Shown here in pieces: positions 25,604 to 36,966 of a stretch of DNA of 64,000 bases. The notes beneath the pieces are model-generated. The model did no database searches, was not told the origin of the DNA, and saw only the letters and a program-made list of their open reading frames with translations. Source of the DNA: Cirrosporium novae-zelandiae. Its lineage: Eukaryota. Position numbers and translations under genes: made by a program. The number at the start of each line of letters is the position of its first letter. Within the stretch, counting starts at the first letter, position 1. The stretch is taken from NCBI GenBank assembly GCA_026023565.1, contig JAPETS010000016.1, forward strand, positions 1 to 64,000. Reading direction: 5' to 3'.

Positions 25604-28600
25604 ATGTCTTTCCTCCTCGACGAAATCAAATATCATCCCAAGTTTAACATACTAAACAAACCACGAGGTCTTTTCTTCCGCCCCAAAACTAAAATTGTCT
25701 CTAGACTTTAAAGCTCGCCCTCAAGGTCTGGATCTTGTATCTCTTTCATTAAATAGACTTCAGAGTCATATTAAGCGATCTTAGGGACAGTATGTTTCTG
25801 GAAGATCATCTAGATAATTTTAAAAAATCTCTGAGTATGATTAACGAGCTAGAAGCAAATGGCCTCAACGATGACCTGAAACAGACGGCAAGTTACCTTT
25901 TTCGAGGGCTGCATTGTGAATGCCAATTAGAAACCTTACGAAAGCTAATAGATTTCTTAAAGCATTAGTTGGTTCGCCGAATGACCTTCGTCGTTGGTTG
26001 ATTCGCTGTACAGCTTATACTATATTTTGTCGCTCTCTTCGACGTTTTCCTCCCATTATTCGGTTTAGACCAGAGCTAGCAGGTGCTGGTCCACATTTGA
26101 AAAACGTTACCTAGTGTTATGCTAAGAGCCCCACCATATTGAATGAATTTATCCAATCTCTATCTGCAGAGTGTGTGCCTTTGGGTTTACTAGACAGCTA
26201 GATTGTCTTGGAAATCCCTTCTCCCCCCCCTTGTCTCATCAATATTACTCAACGTCAGCTGCGGAAAGCTCGACATAATCATAGCCCGAGCTAGAGGTAT
26301 TGGTCCCTGAAATCGAGAATCGAACAACCCAGGAATACCTCAATTTGTGGGTTTTATATTCATGTAATCTGCACGTCGCCAATGGTATGGCTACTCAATG
26401 ATCGATGTAGCAGTAGCCGTCTATTGATGTGCCATGAATGCTTTCTACAACTCTATGATTCAATCCCGACTTTACAGGCACTAGCCGGACATGTTGAGAT
26501 TTATCATTCAATGCATAATTTATCGAGGACGAAAATCCTAGCTCATAAAGGCCGACCTGTTTTTCAAGCCACGACGGGGGGGTCTTGAGTGTCGGATATA
26601 TCAGCGACTTATCTGGTGATCGAAATCCAATCCTAATGCACAGGTGATACATCTTGGTGAACTACTTAAGCGTTATAAGCGACGCGTATCACCAATGGGA
26701 TTACATAAAGGCCATACAATTGTGGCAAACGGAATACACAAAGATTTAGGACCATGCTTCCAGTGCATACTACATCGAAACGACTCTAAACGGGTCAGGT
26801 AGAGCTGGGCATTCTTTCCTAGGCAAGAGGCACAAAGGAGAGTGGGGCTCTCTTCCAAGATACGAACGATGATTAGAGACTCCACGAAAAGTTTTACGTT
26901 AGACATACTGGCTCCCAACAAATGTTACGGGACACAAACTCTGAAAGGGTCGAGATGTATCTCATAAGCTTCGATACCAGAGCAGTTACAGCGAACTCGG
27001 CATTTTATAATATACTTCTGTTAAGCATTTACGCACATATTTTGATGGGGGGCGTGAAAACAGCGCCCCAAAGATACTTGAGTTAAGCCCCGAAAACCCG
27101 TTGGTCAATAAAAGATCCAAAGAAGTACACAAAACAGACTATGTGTGGTCCCAGATGACTTTTTCTCGATGATTTGGTATTCGCAGTATGGCTTATGTCA
27201 TAATTGTGATTTATGCTATGTCGAAAGATTAGGAATGGGTGCTTATAGTATTGAAGACTGTTGAGGAAATCTCGCCAGAGTACCTTGATATTAGGGTTAA
27301 AGAAAAGGCCCGAACTGGGGGCCAGATCAAAGGCCAAGAAAATGATATTTGGCATCAATTCGTATGAGCAGGAATTATCGCAAGAAAAATTATCAACCTG
27401 CCGCAGCTTTTCAGTACTTAATTGAGTCAATCATTCGTTCAGAAGTGCCTCGAAGCCAGACCTCCCATGAGAATGCGAAAAGAGGCAGTCTCTCGGCTAT
27501 TGATGCTGGGGCTCTTTATAGCTTTAAACCGTTGATGCATTCAATGTGCAAACCTCGCCCTCTAGCCGTCCTTTCGAATTAATCTTATGGTCATTCGCAT
27601 ATGGAAATATGGAAAAAGCATACTCTTTTGTTCCTTAAAGTAAGAGCTGGAAGTGTGTTCAATTACTTGGTATAGAGTTCAAATCATCATATGGACAAAG
27701 ACTCGATTAAGAAATCGGATAATTACAAGCTGAAGGTCCTCGAATATCCCCACTCTTCCTACTAGACCCGAGTCTCCAGAAGAGGAAGCAGAATTTAAAA
27801 GTTTGGAAATGAAACTCGATTTTTTAAGGATGAGCTGAATATTACAGAGTTAGACCCTCCACTCGCAAATTCATTAATTGATCCAAAGAGCTTCTATCGA
27901 GCAATTGGAAAAACTCACTGGTGATAGAAGCAAGAATTTCCAGCTACAGCCTCTCTCTATTGGTGATATCAAACAATGTAATTGAATGTGTATAATATCG
28001 AGACACAAGAGATGTTGATACTCAAAGGCTGGTTTAAAGCTCGTGAAAACATTGCCGGACCACGGCCGTGGGTCTGGAAATCCACCCAAACAGGAACTAA
28101 ACACATTTCTGGAAGAAACCTCAAGAAGGAATTGTCATTCTAATTGCAAACAGTGAGTGTGGCTCTTCCTAGCCACATGACATTTTCCATCCCACAACCG
28201 CTAAACGCCTTCCCCTTTTCGGTGCCATTGCTTGATAGGAAGCCAATCTTCCTTTTTAAAGCTGTATCGCAAATTCCAAGCTTAATAGCTCTCCACTATC
28301 TCTCAAATGAAAAAGTGCATCGGATCCTTTCTATTTCTACAGTAGTCAGGGCGGGATGTCTGCAGGATTACCTCGAGACTGGTGAGGATCTCCTTTCCCA
28401 TGGCGGGAATTAAAAGCGATCATAATCGCCCGGATGTTTTCCACTTGGCCGGTGGAGGCCAAAACGCTAGACTATTCTGATTTTAGGGAGCTTATTGAGG
28501 ACAACAGCATTGTGCGTTCAGGCACGCACAGGTTCATTGACGCTCGCTCCCCCCTTGCTGTCATATATTTCGTAAAACGCTTTCGAGTACGAGACTTTGC

Positions 28601-29082
28601 TCCCGTGCGTATTAATGCAGCATTTATTGTATTTGAAGTCTCTCTAGCTTGGAAAAGGCGACTGCTAGCAATTATGTCCTTGGGCTCTCACTTGCCGTTC
28701 CAGATGCTGGGGCTCTCGAGTACGTGGGTACATGATGAAAGGTCAATGACTTAGCTGTCGTGTTGCTTATGATTTTCTTCTACCGCAACGTTTACAATAC
28801 GAAGCAAAGGCATGACAATCGGACCCTAGCTGAAGTTTGGAACATTGCCCAGGTCGAGTTGTATAATGTGTTAATGACAGCTGCCCAAAGCAGGGTAGGC
28901 AAGCTGATCACAATTTGGGAAAATGCAGAGCAATGCGGATACAGGACCAAAATGCTATGGTGAAGAAGGGAAAGTCGGCACTTAAGAGTTATATGAGGCA
29001 ACTTAGTATTGATTTTCATCACCCGTTTCATTGGGCGGCATTTACGGTGGTTGGGTATGGTGGGTTTAGGTTCGATAGTTAG
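25604..29082 (+). pseudogene. Decayed CHAT-domain (caspase-like) protease gene with long helical (TPR-like) N-terminus; 5' end approximate
   Basis: Colinear CHAT-protein hallmarks across frames: GNMEKAYSFVP*SKSWKCVQLL (~27600), SLVIEARISSYSLSLLVIS (~27915), FSIPQPLNAFPFSVPLLDRKPIFLFKAVSQIPSL (~28185), PMAGIK/AIIIARMF (~28400), IVRSGTHRFIDARSPL (His 28527), VLGLSLAVPDAGALEYVGT**KVNDLAVVLLMIFFYRN, TLAEVWNIAQVEL, and terminal HPFHWAAFTVVGYG before TAG at 29080-29082. Confidence 0.85.
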
Positions 29083-29605
29083 CTAAGGCGGTAGACGCTC
29101 GGGATGCCCCACTCTCGATGTGTCGCTATCTTATCGGTTAAGGGAGTCCGGCTTTATGGTCCTTGATGTTCCTTGATGTCCCCTTGACGGTCAAACATGA
29201 CATCTCCGCTTGCACTGCCGACACTAATCATATTATTTCATGGTAATCATTCAAAATACTGCTGACAAGCCCAACAGGATTCTGCGTGTGAACAGTACCG
29301 AACCATCCCTAATTATTCCCCTCTTCTACCTTCTGTTGGCGCCCACCGTTGTTGGATTGTTACTTGGATTATTACTTGAATTATTACTTGGATCACCACC
29401 ACCATACGAATCACTACACTTGGATTCACTCCGGTGGAATTCATGTTCCCCCCCCCTTTTACCTCCCCTACTCAACTTGGACCATCTTCATCAAAGCCTC
29501 ACTAATAACCCCCCATCATCTTAAGTTCTGAACTAACAATTGTCTATATTAATCTCCGACTTCAACTTAGATATTAATAAATTTTTTTATCATTCAAAAA
29601 GTATC

Positions 29606-31213
29606 ATGGCTAATTCTTCGTCACGGCGTCCTCATTCTCCTACCAAATCATCACCAAATGTTGATGTCGTCATTGTCGGCGCCGGGCTCAGTGGGCTTAC
29701 AGCCGCTTCAATTCTTGACTATGCTGGCCTAAAAGTTATTGTTTTGGAGGCTCGAAATCGGGTAGGAGGTAAAACACATACAGTTCCATTGACAAGGGGA
29801 AAGGGACATGTTGAACTTGGTGCCGCTTGGATTAATGACACCAATCAATGGCGAATGGCCGCCCTAGCAGAGAAGTTTGGCCTCGACACAATTGTACAGA
29901 ACACACGAGGCGATGTTATTGCTCAGGACTTTGATGGGAGGACGAATAGATTTCCTTATGGGGGTTTACCACAGGTATGTGGGTTGGGAATCTGTTTTGA
30001 TGGGTATTGATTGGAGGAGTCAACTAAATCTACATTGTAGTTCCCAGAACAAGATCGAAAGGACATCGCCCGTATTCAGGATGATTTTGAAGCTCTCTGT
30101 CATACCATCGATATTTATTCACCAAAGGACGCCACCCTTGATGCGCATAGCATGGAACAGTTCCTCCGGTCTCAGGATGCTAGCCCACGTGCCCTCGCAA
30201 CCGCCGCGACATGGACGCGTGCAATGCTCGGTGTAGAACCTTCTCAAATTTCAGCGTTGTTCTTTTTAAACTACTGCAAATCCGGGGGAGGACTAATGAC
30301 GATGAGATCTGATAGAGAACATGGCGGCCAGTATCTTCGTATTCGACAAGGAACTCAAGCTTTCTCCAAAAACCTCGCAAGAGGTCTTCCACTTGGCTGC
30401 ATACATCTGAACGAGCCGGTGATTTCAATAAATCAGCCAATAAACCGCAGAGATGACGTTATAGTTAAGACAGCTTCCTCCAAAACCTATACCTGCAAGC
30501 GCGTAATTGTTTCCGTTCCGACTCCCGTCTACAAAGATATCTCCTTCACACCACCACTTTCCCTTGCTAAATCAGCTTTAGCCTCAGAAACCAGATGCGG
30601 CACCTACATCAAAGCAATATGCGCATTTAGATCTCCTTTCTGGCGTTCCCGTCACCTCTGCGGCCTTGCACAATCATTCGCCGGTCCCGCTTCCGTGGTA
30701 AGGGACACCAGCGTTGATGAAGAGGACAACTACACATTGACATGTTTTGTTGTTGGTGACCCAGGAAAAGCCTGGTCTGAACTACCTCTCGAATCCAGGC
30801 AGAAACGCCTCCTTTCGCAGATATCTACACTCTTTAAAGATGGCGATTTAAAAGGTACTTATAATGAGTTTATTGAGATGGTAGAGAGCGAATGGGGTAC
30901 CGATCCTTGGACTGGATACGGCGCTCCATGTCCGTCCACACCCCCTGGGGTCCTAGATAAATATGGGGACGCTTTGAGGAGCGTCGAGGGGAGAATACAT
31001 TTTGTAGGTACAGAGACGGCGGGGGAATGGAAGGGATACATGGAAGGTTCGTATATTCCCTGTTTAGTTTAGTCTATTAAAGACTAAGCTTAAAACTAGC
31101 CCCTTTTAGTACCGAGGCTAACCGACTATGTGTAAATAGGAGCCGTAGGGAGTGGCGAAAGGGGAGGTGTAGAAGTCTTGCGGGAGTTGGGTAGAGTGGC
31201 ATCGAAGCTTTGA
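29606..31213 (+). CDS. Flavin-containing amine (monoamine) oxidase with C-terminal SKL; introns 29975-30040 and 31047-31139
   Basis: DVVIVGAGLSGLTAA...VLEARNRVGGKT...ELGAAWIN FAD-binding start; IHFVGTETAGEWKGYMEG|AVGSGERG; spliced end RVASKL*. Confidence 0.92.
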
Positions 31214-31697
31214 TTTCTTGTTTGATTATAGGAATTGGGGACGTTACATAGAAACTTAATCTTGTCTAGCAATAAAACCACGCAGCAGGAGATGAGTCGT
31301 TTTACCCCAAAACAATCCCCCCCCCCTCCCCCATATTTCTTATTCTGAAACTGATAACTTTTAAGGTAAATTAATTTAGCATAAAATATCTCTCCTCGAA
31401 TATCGACTATTTTTTTAGAATGAAGACTGACCATTTTGGGAAATTTGGAATTACTACCCAGGTAGGCTCTAGGTTCCAGTTGATGTAAATTATACCCTCC
31501 CTCCCTTTCATTCACCTTTGTTGAGAGCCTAGAAACTCAGCATACCTGGAACAGAGTGTGTGGTCAGGACGATAGCTTGTTATATCCACTCAAGGCCTGT
31601 ATATATGCAGGCGCTAAACACCTTCCGAGCCGCAACCGCACCACCTTGGCTATGCCTTATTTTCTAACCAGCTCCTTCACGACGCATCTCTCGAGAC

Positions 31698-32882
31698 CTA
31701 GCTGGTCAAATCTATCTGGCATTCAGGGACGTTTACATGTTTGTAAAATACCAAACATGGATTCCTACGCCAGGGGTTTGGCACTCGTTGGCCGTCCTTG
31801 TAACGTATTCCGCCCATAATAAGTCCAGCACATGTCATACCGCAATACATCTTGGTGTCTTGCGGATCGCCTTCCCCGCCATCATTCCAGTAAACTCGGA
31901 AGTGTGAAGCTTTATCGTTTAGGGAACCGTATATACCACCCAGCCATTTATAATAGGCGGTTTCTTCTTCCCCGTCATCTGCTAAGAGGTAGTTGAATGA
32001 TATATTGTCACTTTCCACCTCGGGTATTGCTGTATCTCCCATTTGAAAGGTTACCACAAGTCTTGGAGGCAATTCTCCTATCACAATACGACGCTTGTAT
32101 GCCTTCGTTCTCTTGCATGCTGGACATTGCAATGCTCTATTTTGTCGCGGGCCAAAAAATATTTGCAAAACTTCTTGTATCGAGGCCTTCCTGTCTTTTA
32201 TGTTATAATCTAATGCTTGCTGCATGTTGGCGTTGGCGTTGACATTTCTTTTGTTTCCACACGAGCAGATAGTGCTATCCTGGAAATTCAAATCAAACTC
32301 ATCTAAAGTCGCGGTACATGTCTCCCATAGATATCTTGCACCTAATTTATCACCGATTTTATATGTTTTCCCTGTGTCTTTTTTTATTCTGGACAAGACG
32401 GCTGCCAAGGATATACGTCTCTCCAGTCGGCTTTCCGCTATATCCAGAGATGCCCAATTCGTTTTTACGCATCCAATCAAAGCATCTCGAGCCCCATCAG
32501 CTCCATTGTACCGATCCCAGTTTGTTTGTCCGATATTGAGAAATGTAGCAGCTACTATACATGAATCAAAAGCGCAAGAATTATTGCTCCAGACTGGTCC
32601 TCGTCCACGGTAAGGGAAAGGGTCGCCAGTGGGGTCAAGAGTATAGTTTCCATTCGAACGCAGTATTGCTCGGACTTCTTTTACACCACATACCAAGTCT
32701 TGTGAGGCTTTCAGTAGCTCTTTGGTGGATGAGACTACCGCTTTATCAAAAAGATCGAAAAGCTTTGGGTAAGTTGATATCGTCGGAATCAGTTCCACCA
32801 CGGGACAGGTAAGCCGTCGGGCCAATTTTTGGGTGTCTAAAACGACTTCTTTGCACCTCGTATCTTCATCCTGGGTAGTCAT
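31698..32882 (-). CDS. Intronless 394-aa hypothetical protein with USP/peptidase C19-like fold
   Basis: Cys box GPVWSNNSCAFDSCI, Zn-finger-like CSC...CPAC, ELPPRLVV, His box YKWLGGIYG...HFRVYW, terminal CLVFYK. The fold assignment is by motif similarity only. Confidence 0.6.
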   Translation of the reverse strand: MTTQDEDTRCKEVVLDTQKLARRLTCPVVELIPTISTYPKLFDLFDKAVVSSTKELLKASQDLVCGVKEVRAILRSNGNYTLDPTGDPFPYRGRGPVWSNNSCAFDSCIVAATFLNIGQTNWDRYNGADGARDALIGCVKTNWASLDIAESRLERRISLAAVLSRIKKDTGKTYKIGDKLGARYLWETCTATLDEFDLNFQDSTICSCGNKRNVNANANMQQALDYNIKDRKASIQEVLQIFFGPRQNRALQCPACKRTKAYKRRIVIGELPPRLVVTFQMGDTAIPEVESDNISFNYLLADDGEEETAYYKWLGGIYGSLNDKASHFRVYWNDGGEGDPQDTKMYCGMTCAGLIMGGIRYKDGQRVPNPWRRNPCLVFYKHVNVPECQIDLTS

Positions 32883-33423
32883 TGCTGCCAGTAGTTTTAG
32901 GGAGGGTATAAATATGAAAATATGAGATTATAAAAAAATATAGTTAATGGTAAACTATTTGAAGTCCAATGAGTTAGGAAGGCACAAAATGTTATTTTAT
33001 TAATATAAAAGCTGAACATTTATAGACAGTGTGCCATTTGAAAGGAATAACCCATCTTCCTGAAAACAGTTGACAATAGAAGAACAAAGAAACTTTCATG
33101 TGTATTGTTGAGGTTCCACAACTGGATAGGCGAAGTGGCACATAGTATTTCATTGAGAGCTGTTAACCTAGATTTTGATATTAAAAAGAGAAGTTGAATA
33201 ATCAACAATATCAAGTACTATAGGCGTTGATCGACAGTTATTGGTTGTAGTGGATTGAGGCTATTTGCTAGTCTCATAACTGCAGGTCCAGTCTAATGTA
33301 TTTTCCTACAATGACGACGACCCACTTTATTTAGGAGATGAATCCCTCAACTCAATCGTACTCCAATCATCTTATTTTTGCTACAAAGTTGTTTGTTGAA
33401 AAATACTGTCATGTTGTCTTTAC

Positions 33424-35679
33424 ATGATGCAATTGCGCTGCTTGTCGACAGCCCTAGCTATCACAAATCCCCTCCTCTAGTATCGATCCCTCCTCGGTAA
33501 AGCACTTCAGCCAGATCTTTCCCAGCATCGAGTTGCTATCCACCTCGAGAAATTATACAATCGATTGAAAGACTACCAACCAGAGATCGAATACAGCCAG
33601 CGCCTTGACCAAGTCACTCGTGCGATCAATGAATTCGAAAGAAATGCCTCGAGAAACAATCATGAGGATGCGAGTAAAAACAAGTGGCCATTTGCATACC
33701 TGAGAGGTCACAAGAAGAACAACGATTCACTGGCATTGGTACAAGTGTTATCTAGTCATGAATCTGCACTGCGGATTAACTCTCCTAAGGGCATGCTCCT
33801 TCATGGAGAAGTTGGCACCGGAAAGAGCATGCTGGTAGATCTTCTGGCAGACTGCCTACCCAACAAAAATAAGCGGAGGTGGCATTACAATAGCTTTATG
33901 TTGGAGTTGTATTCTCGACTAGAAAATATGCGGGAATATAGCCTGGCTGCCAGGACATGCGAGTATTCAATGCTAATGCTAGCAAGAGAATCCATCGAAA
34001 CTACGCCGATCGTCTTCCTCGACGAGTTCCAATTTCCAGACCGCGCAGCATCTAAGCTTCTGATGAACCTTTTCACGCCTTTTTTCCAGCTCGGTGGAGT
34101 GCTGATTGCGACTTTCAACCGAACACCAGAAGAACTCGCAACTGCTGCTGGGATTGAGTTTAGAAAAGCCCGTACCGAAGATTCAAATACCCAGCATAGT
34201 AGATTAAGATACCGGGAAACAGGGAATACTTGGGTCAGGCGTGAAACAAATGCTCCTGGTAAAGGTGATTTCGCCCAGTTTCTAGAAGTCCTGCAAGCAA
34301 GATGTGATGTAATACGAATGGAAGGTGACAAAGATTGGCGGAGACAAAATGCAGCAGATACTTTTACCCTAGAGCCTGTTTTCCAAGAACGAAGCAACCT
34401 GACCACCGTGGACAGAACTATGCGCTCTGATCATGTCGTATATGGTAGTAGAGACCTTGGCAATCCTGCCATCTCCACCGAAACGCCTGCTAAATTGGAA
34501 GATATTATGCTTCCTCATAAATATTTCATCATCCCCAAATCACTACCGTTAGAGGAATTTAACGCTTTAATGCAGAGGACTAATATTCCTGATCTTTTCA
34601 TGGCCGGAGAACCAATTGCTTGGAAGTCTGGCACATTCGAAGTATATGGAAGAATAGTAAATATCCCAAATCAGTTTTCGGGTGTAACCATGTGGACTTT
34701 TTCTGAGCTTTGTCGCTCTAATCTTGGGCCAGCAGACTATATAACCCTTCCTTCTAATTACCATACATTAATATTAACCAATGTTCCCATTCTTACTCTT
34801 CAGCAGAAGAACGAGGCTAGGAGATTCATCACTCTTCTCGACGCTCTATACGAAACTCGCTGCAAACTCCTCATCAGCGCAAAGGCCGGACCAGATGATA
34901 TCTTCTTTCCCGAGACTAATAGTATACAGAATCCCAATGATAGCGGGGTTGAGAATGTCTCCCAAGAGCCAACCGACAACGATAGCATATACGCAGAATC
35001 ATTTTCGGAGATCTACCAAGGTTCAACAACACCATTCCGCCCAAACACATCCTCCTATGATAACCAGAGAGATAGATCCATCCCTCTCAGAACAGCAGTA
35101 ACAATACCCCCCAAAAGATCTGTCCTCGCAGACGAAGACGCAGACTTCGGCCCTATACACCAAAACGTCCAGGCCCAATTCTACAACCACCCCGACGATC
35201 CTACCAACCCACGTTATGCCCTCGATTTCAGTAAAGCGGATGCCTTCACCGGCACAGATGAAAAATTTGCTTACAAACGCGCTGTCAGTCGACTGTGGGA
35301 AATGTGTTCCGATGGTTGGTGGAGCCAGCAGAACACGTGGAGGCCTCTAGACCCACATCTGCGCACATGGGAGAAATCAAACCGAGTTCGAAAAGGAAGA
35401 AAGGATGATCTAGCGTTGCCCGAGAGGGTTACCGCCCCGGTCTCCGTCACCGATCATACGGACCCTGAGGGTAATGCTGTAGATCCCGCCCGGGAACAAG
35501 CGGGTGGGCACTTCTTCTTCAAGCATGGCGCCAGCAGCCCCTTCAGGAAACATCCCGATGACGCTCCGCCTAAGTTTAGTCTTGTGCATTTTTGGGGGGT
35601 CATGAAGTGGGGGAAAAGAGCCGGTAGATGGGGCCAAGGTCCCGAAGGGTTGGATGGGGATAATACTAAGGGCTCGTAA
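33424..35679 (+). pseudogene. AFG1/ZapE-like AAA+ ATPase with an in-frame TAG at codon 19 (33478-33480); probable young pseudogene or sequence error
   Basis: Walker A HGEVGTGKS, RRWHYNSFM, Walker B IVFLDEFQ, LGPADYITL, NEARRFITLLDALYE, FAYKRAVSRLWEM. The conserved-looking N-terminus ITNPLL*YRSLL...QHRVAIHLEKLYNRLKDY is in frame but interrupted. Confidence 0.75.
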
Positions 35680-36966
35680 AAAACTTGCGGTGATGATGTA
35701 TATACGCACACATTGCGTACGGCATATACACGTAGTTACATATAATCCTTATATGCATAGGATACTTTAGTCATCCCATCCCAATTATCGATATATCGAT
35801 ACCCAATACAAATTCACGAAGTTGAGTACGTACATAACATATATTAGCTTCAACAACACCTCCCTTAATTATACACACACGAACACGGCCAAAATAATAA
35901 TAATTACCCACGTGCAGAATGCCCCCCCCCCCCCCCCCCCCCCCAAAAAAAAACATCGACACTTAGTATCTACATAGTCACCATCACCGTCATCACTAGT
36001 CATCATCATACATAACTGTAACCCATGATTAAATATTATTAAACGAGTACAGTACCTACGTAGTTAATCAATTAGTCAATTAATTAGCCGGTTTAGTGGA
36101 CCCAGTCAGTACAGTAGGAAGGAAAAAAGAAAACCCCCTTTTATCACCCCCTCCCATTTCTTATTTCCCATTTCCTAATCCAAACAACCTAAATATGTAA
36201 TAGGCACATATCCAACTAATTAACTAAAGGAATGATCTCCATTTCATTGACCGCTTATTTCCCTATTTTCCCTATTATTTCTTCATTTAGCTTGTAACGT
36301 GACTAATTGGTTGGTTGTTTACTTTTTACGGCTGAGATGGTTTAGATGAGGTGTGGAATTGGTAATGGATAGATAGATGGGCTGAATTTTTTTTTTTCGT
36401 TTTGGGTTTGATATTCTCGGGTTAGGTTAGTTGTGTCTGATTTGGAAATGTATGTATGTATCCCAAATCAGGCTACCGTAAAGTCGTGGGGGGTAGGGGG
36501 AGGTGGGGAGAAGGGATTGATAATGATTATTGTATTGCCAATAGATCTTCTGATCTTTAGTTTGGGGAGAGAAAGAAAAGAAACCTCCCCCCCCTCTCTC
36601 CCATTTTTATGCTAATTTATTTTGTTGATGAATGAATGGGTGAATGGGGTAGATGGGTGTATTAGAATAGAGTTAGAATAGAGTAGAGTAGTACGGATTT
36701 TGTTATTGTTTAGAATGGGTAAATGAATAGACTTGGTTTAATCAGGGGCGGAGGTAAGGCGAGAGAGGGAAAGGAAGGGAGATGGAGGTTCGTGGTTATG
36801 ATGTTCTAAGCGATTGTAATTACATAGTTTTTGTTTTTTTGGGGGGAGGGATTAAGTTATTTATTCAATTGTTTATTTATTTATTTACTAGGAACTCTCA
36901 TTCATTTCGTCCGTGTCTCAAGGGAACCACGCACGAGTGTAATCAATGACCTATCATCTCATCTCA

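Noticed and set aside
28050..28095. Apparent frameshifted Walker A (GSGKSTQ-like) suggesting an NTPase/NLR domain
   Set aside because: It needs ad hoc indels and falls between colinear CHAT-protein motifs. The alternative frame (KQELNTFLEETSR...) fits the CHAT N-terminal helix better.
29240..29605. ORFs 29240-29524 and 29349-29531, and the TTG-start extension of the amine oxidase
   Set aside because: Low-complexity promoter/UTR sequence (TTACTTGGA-type repeats). A eukaryotic start at ATG 29606 is more plausible.
3151..31213. Secondary-metabolite cluster (transporter, SDR, acyltransferase, oxidases)
   Set aside because: There is no PKS, NRPS, terpene synthase or cluster regulator. The acyltransferase is the mitochondrial FAS II enzyme, and the genes are interspersed with housekeeping genes.
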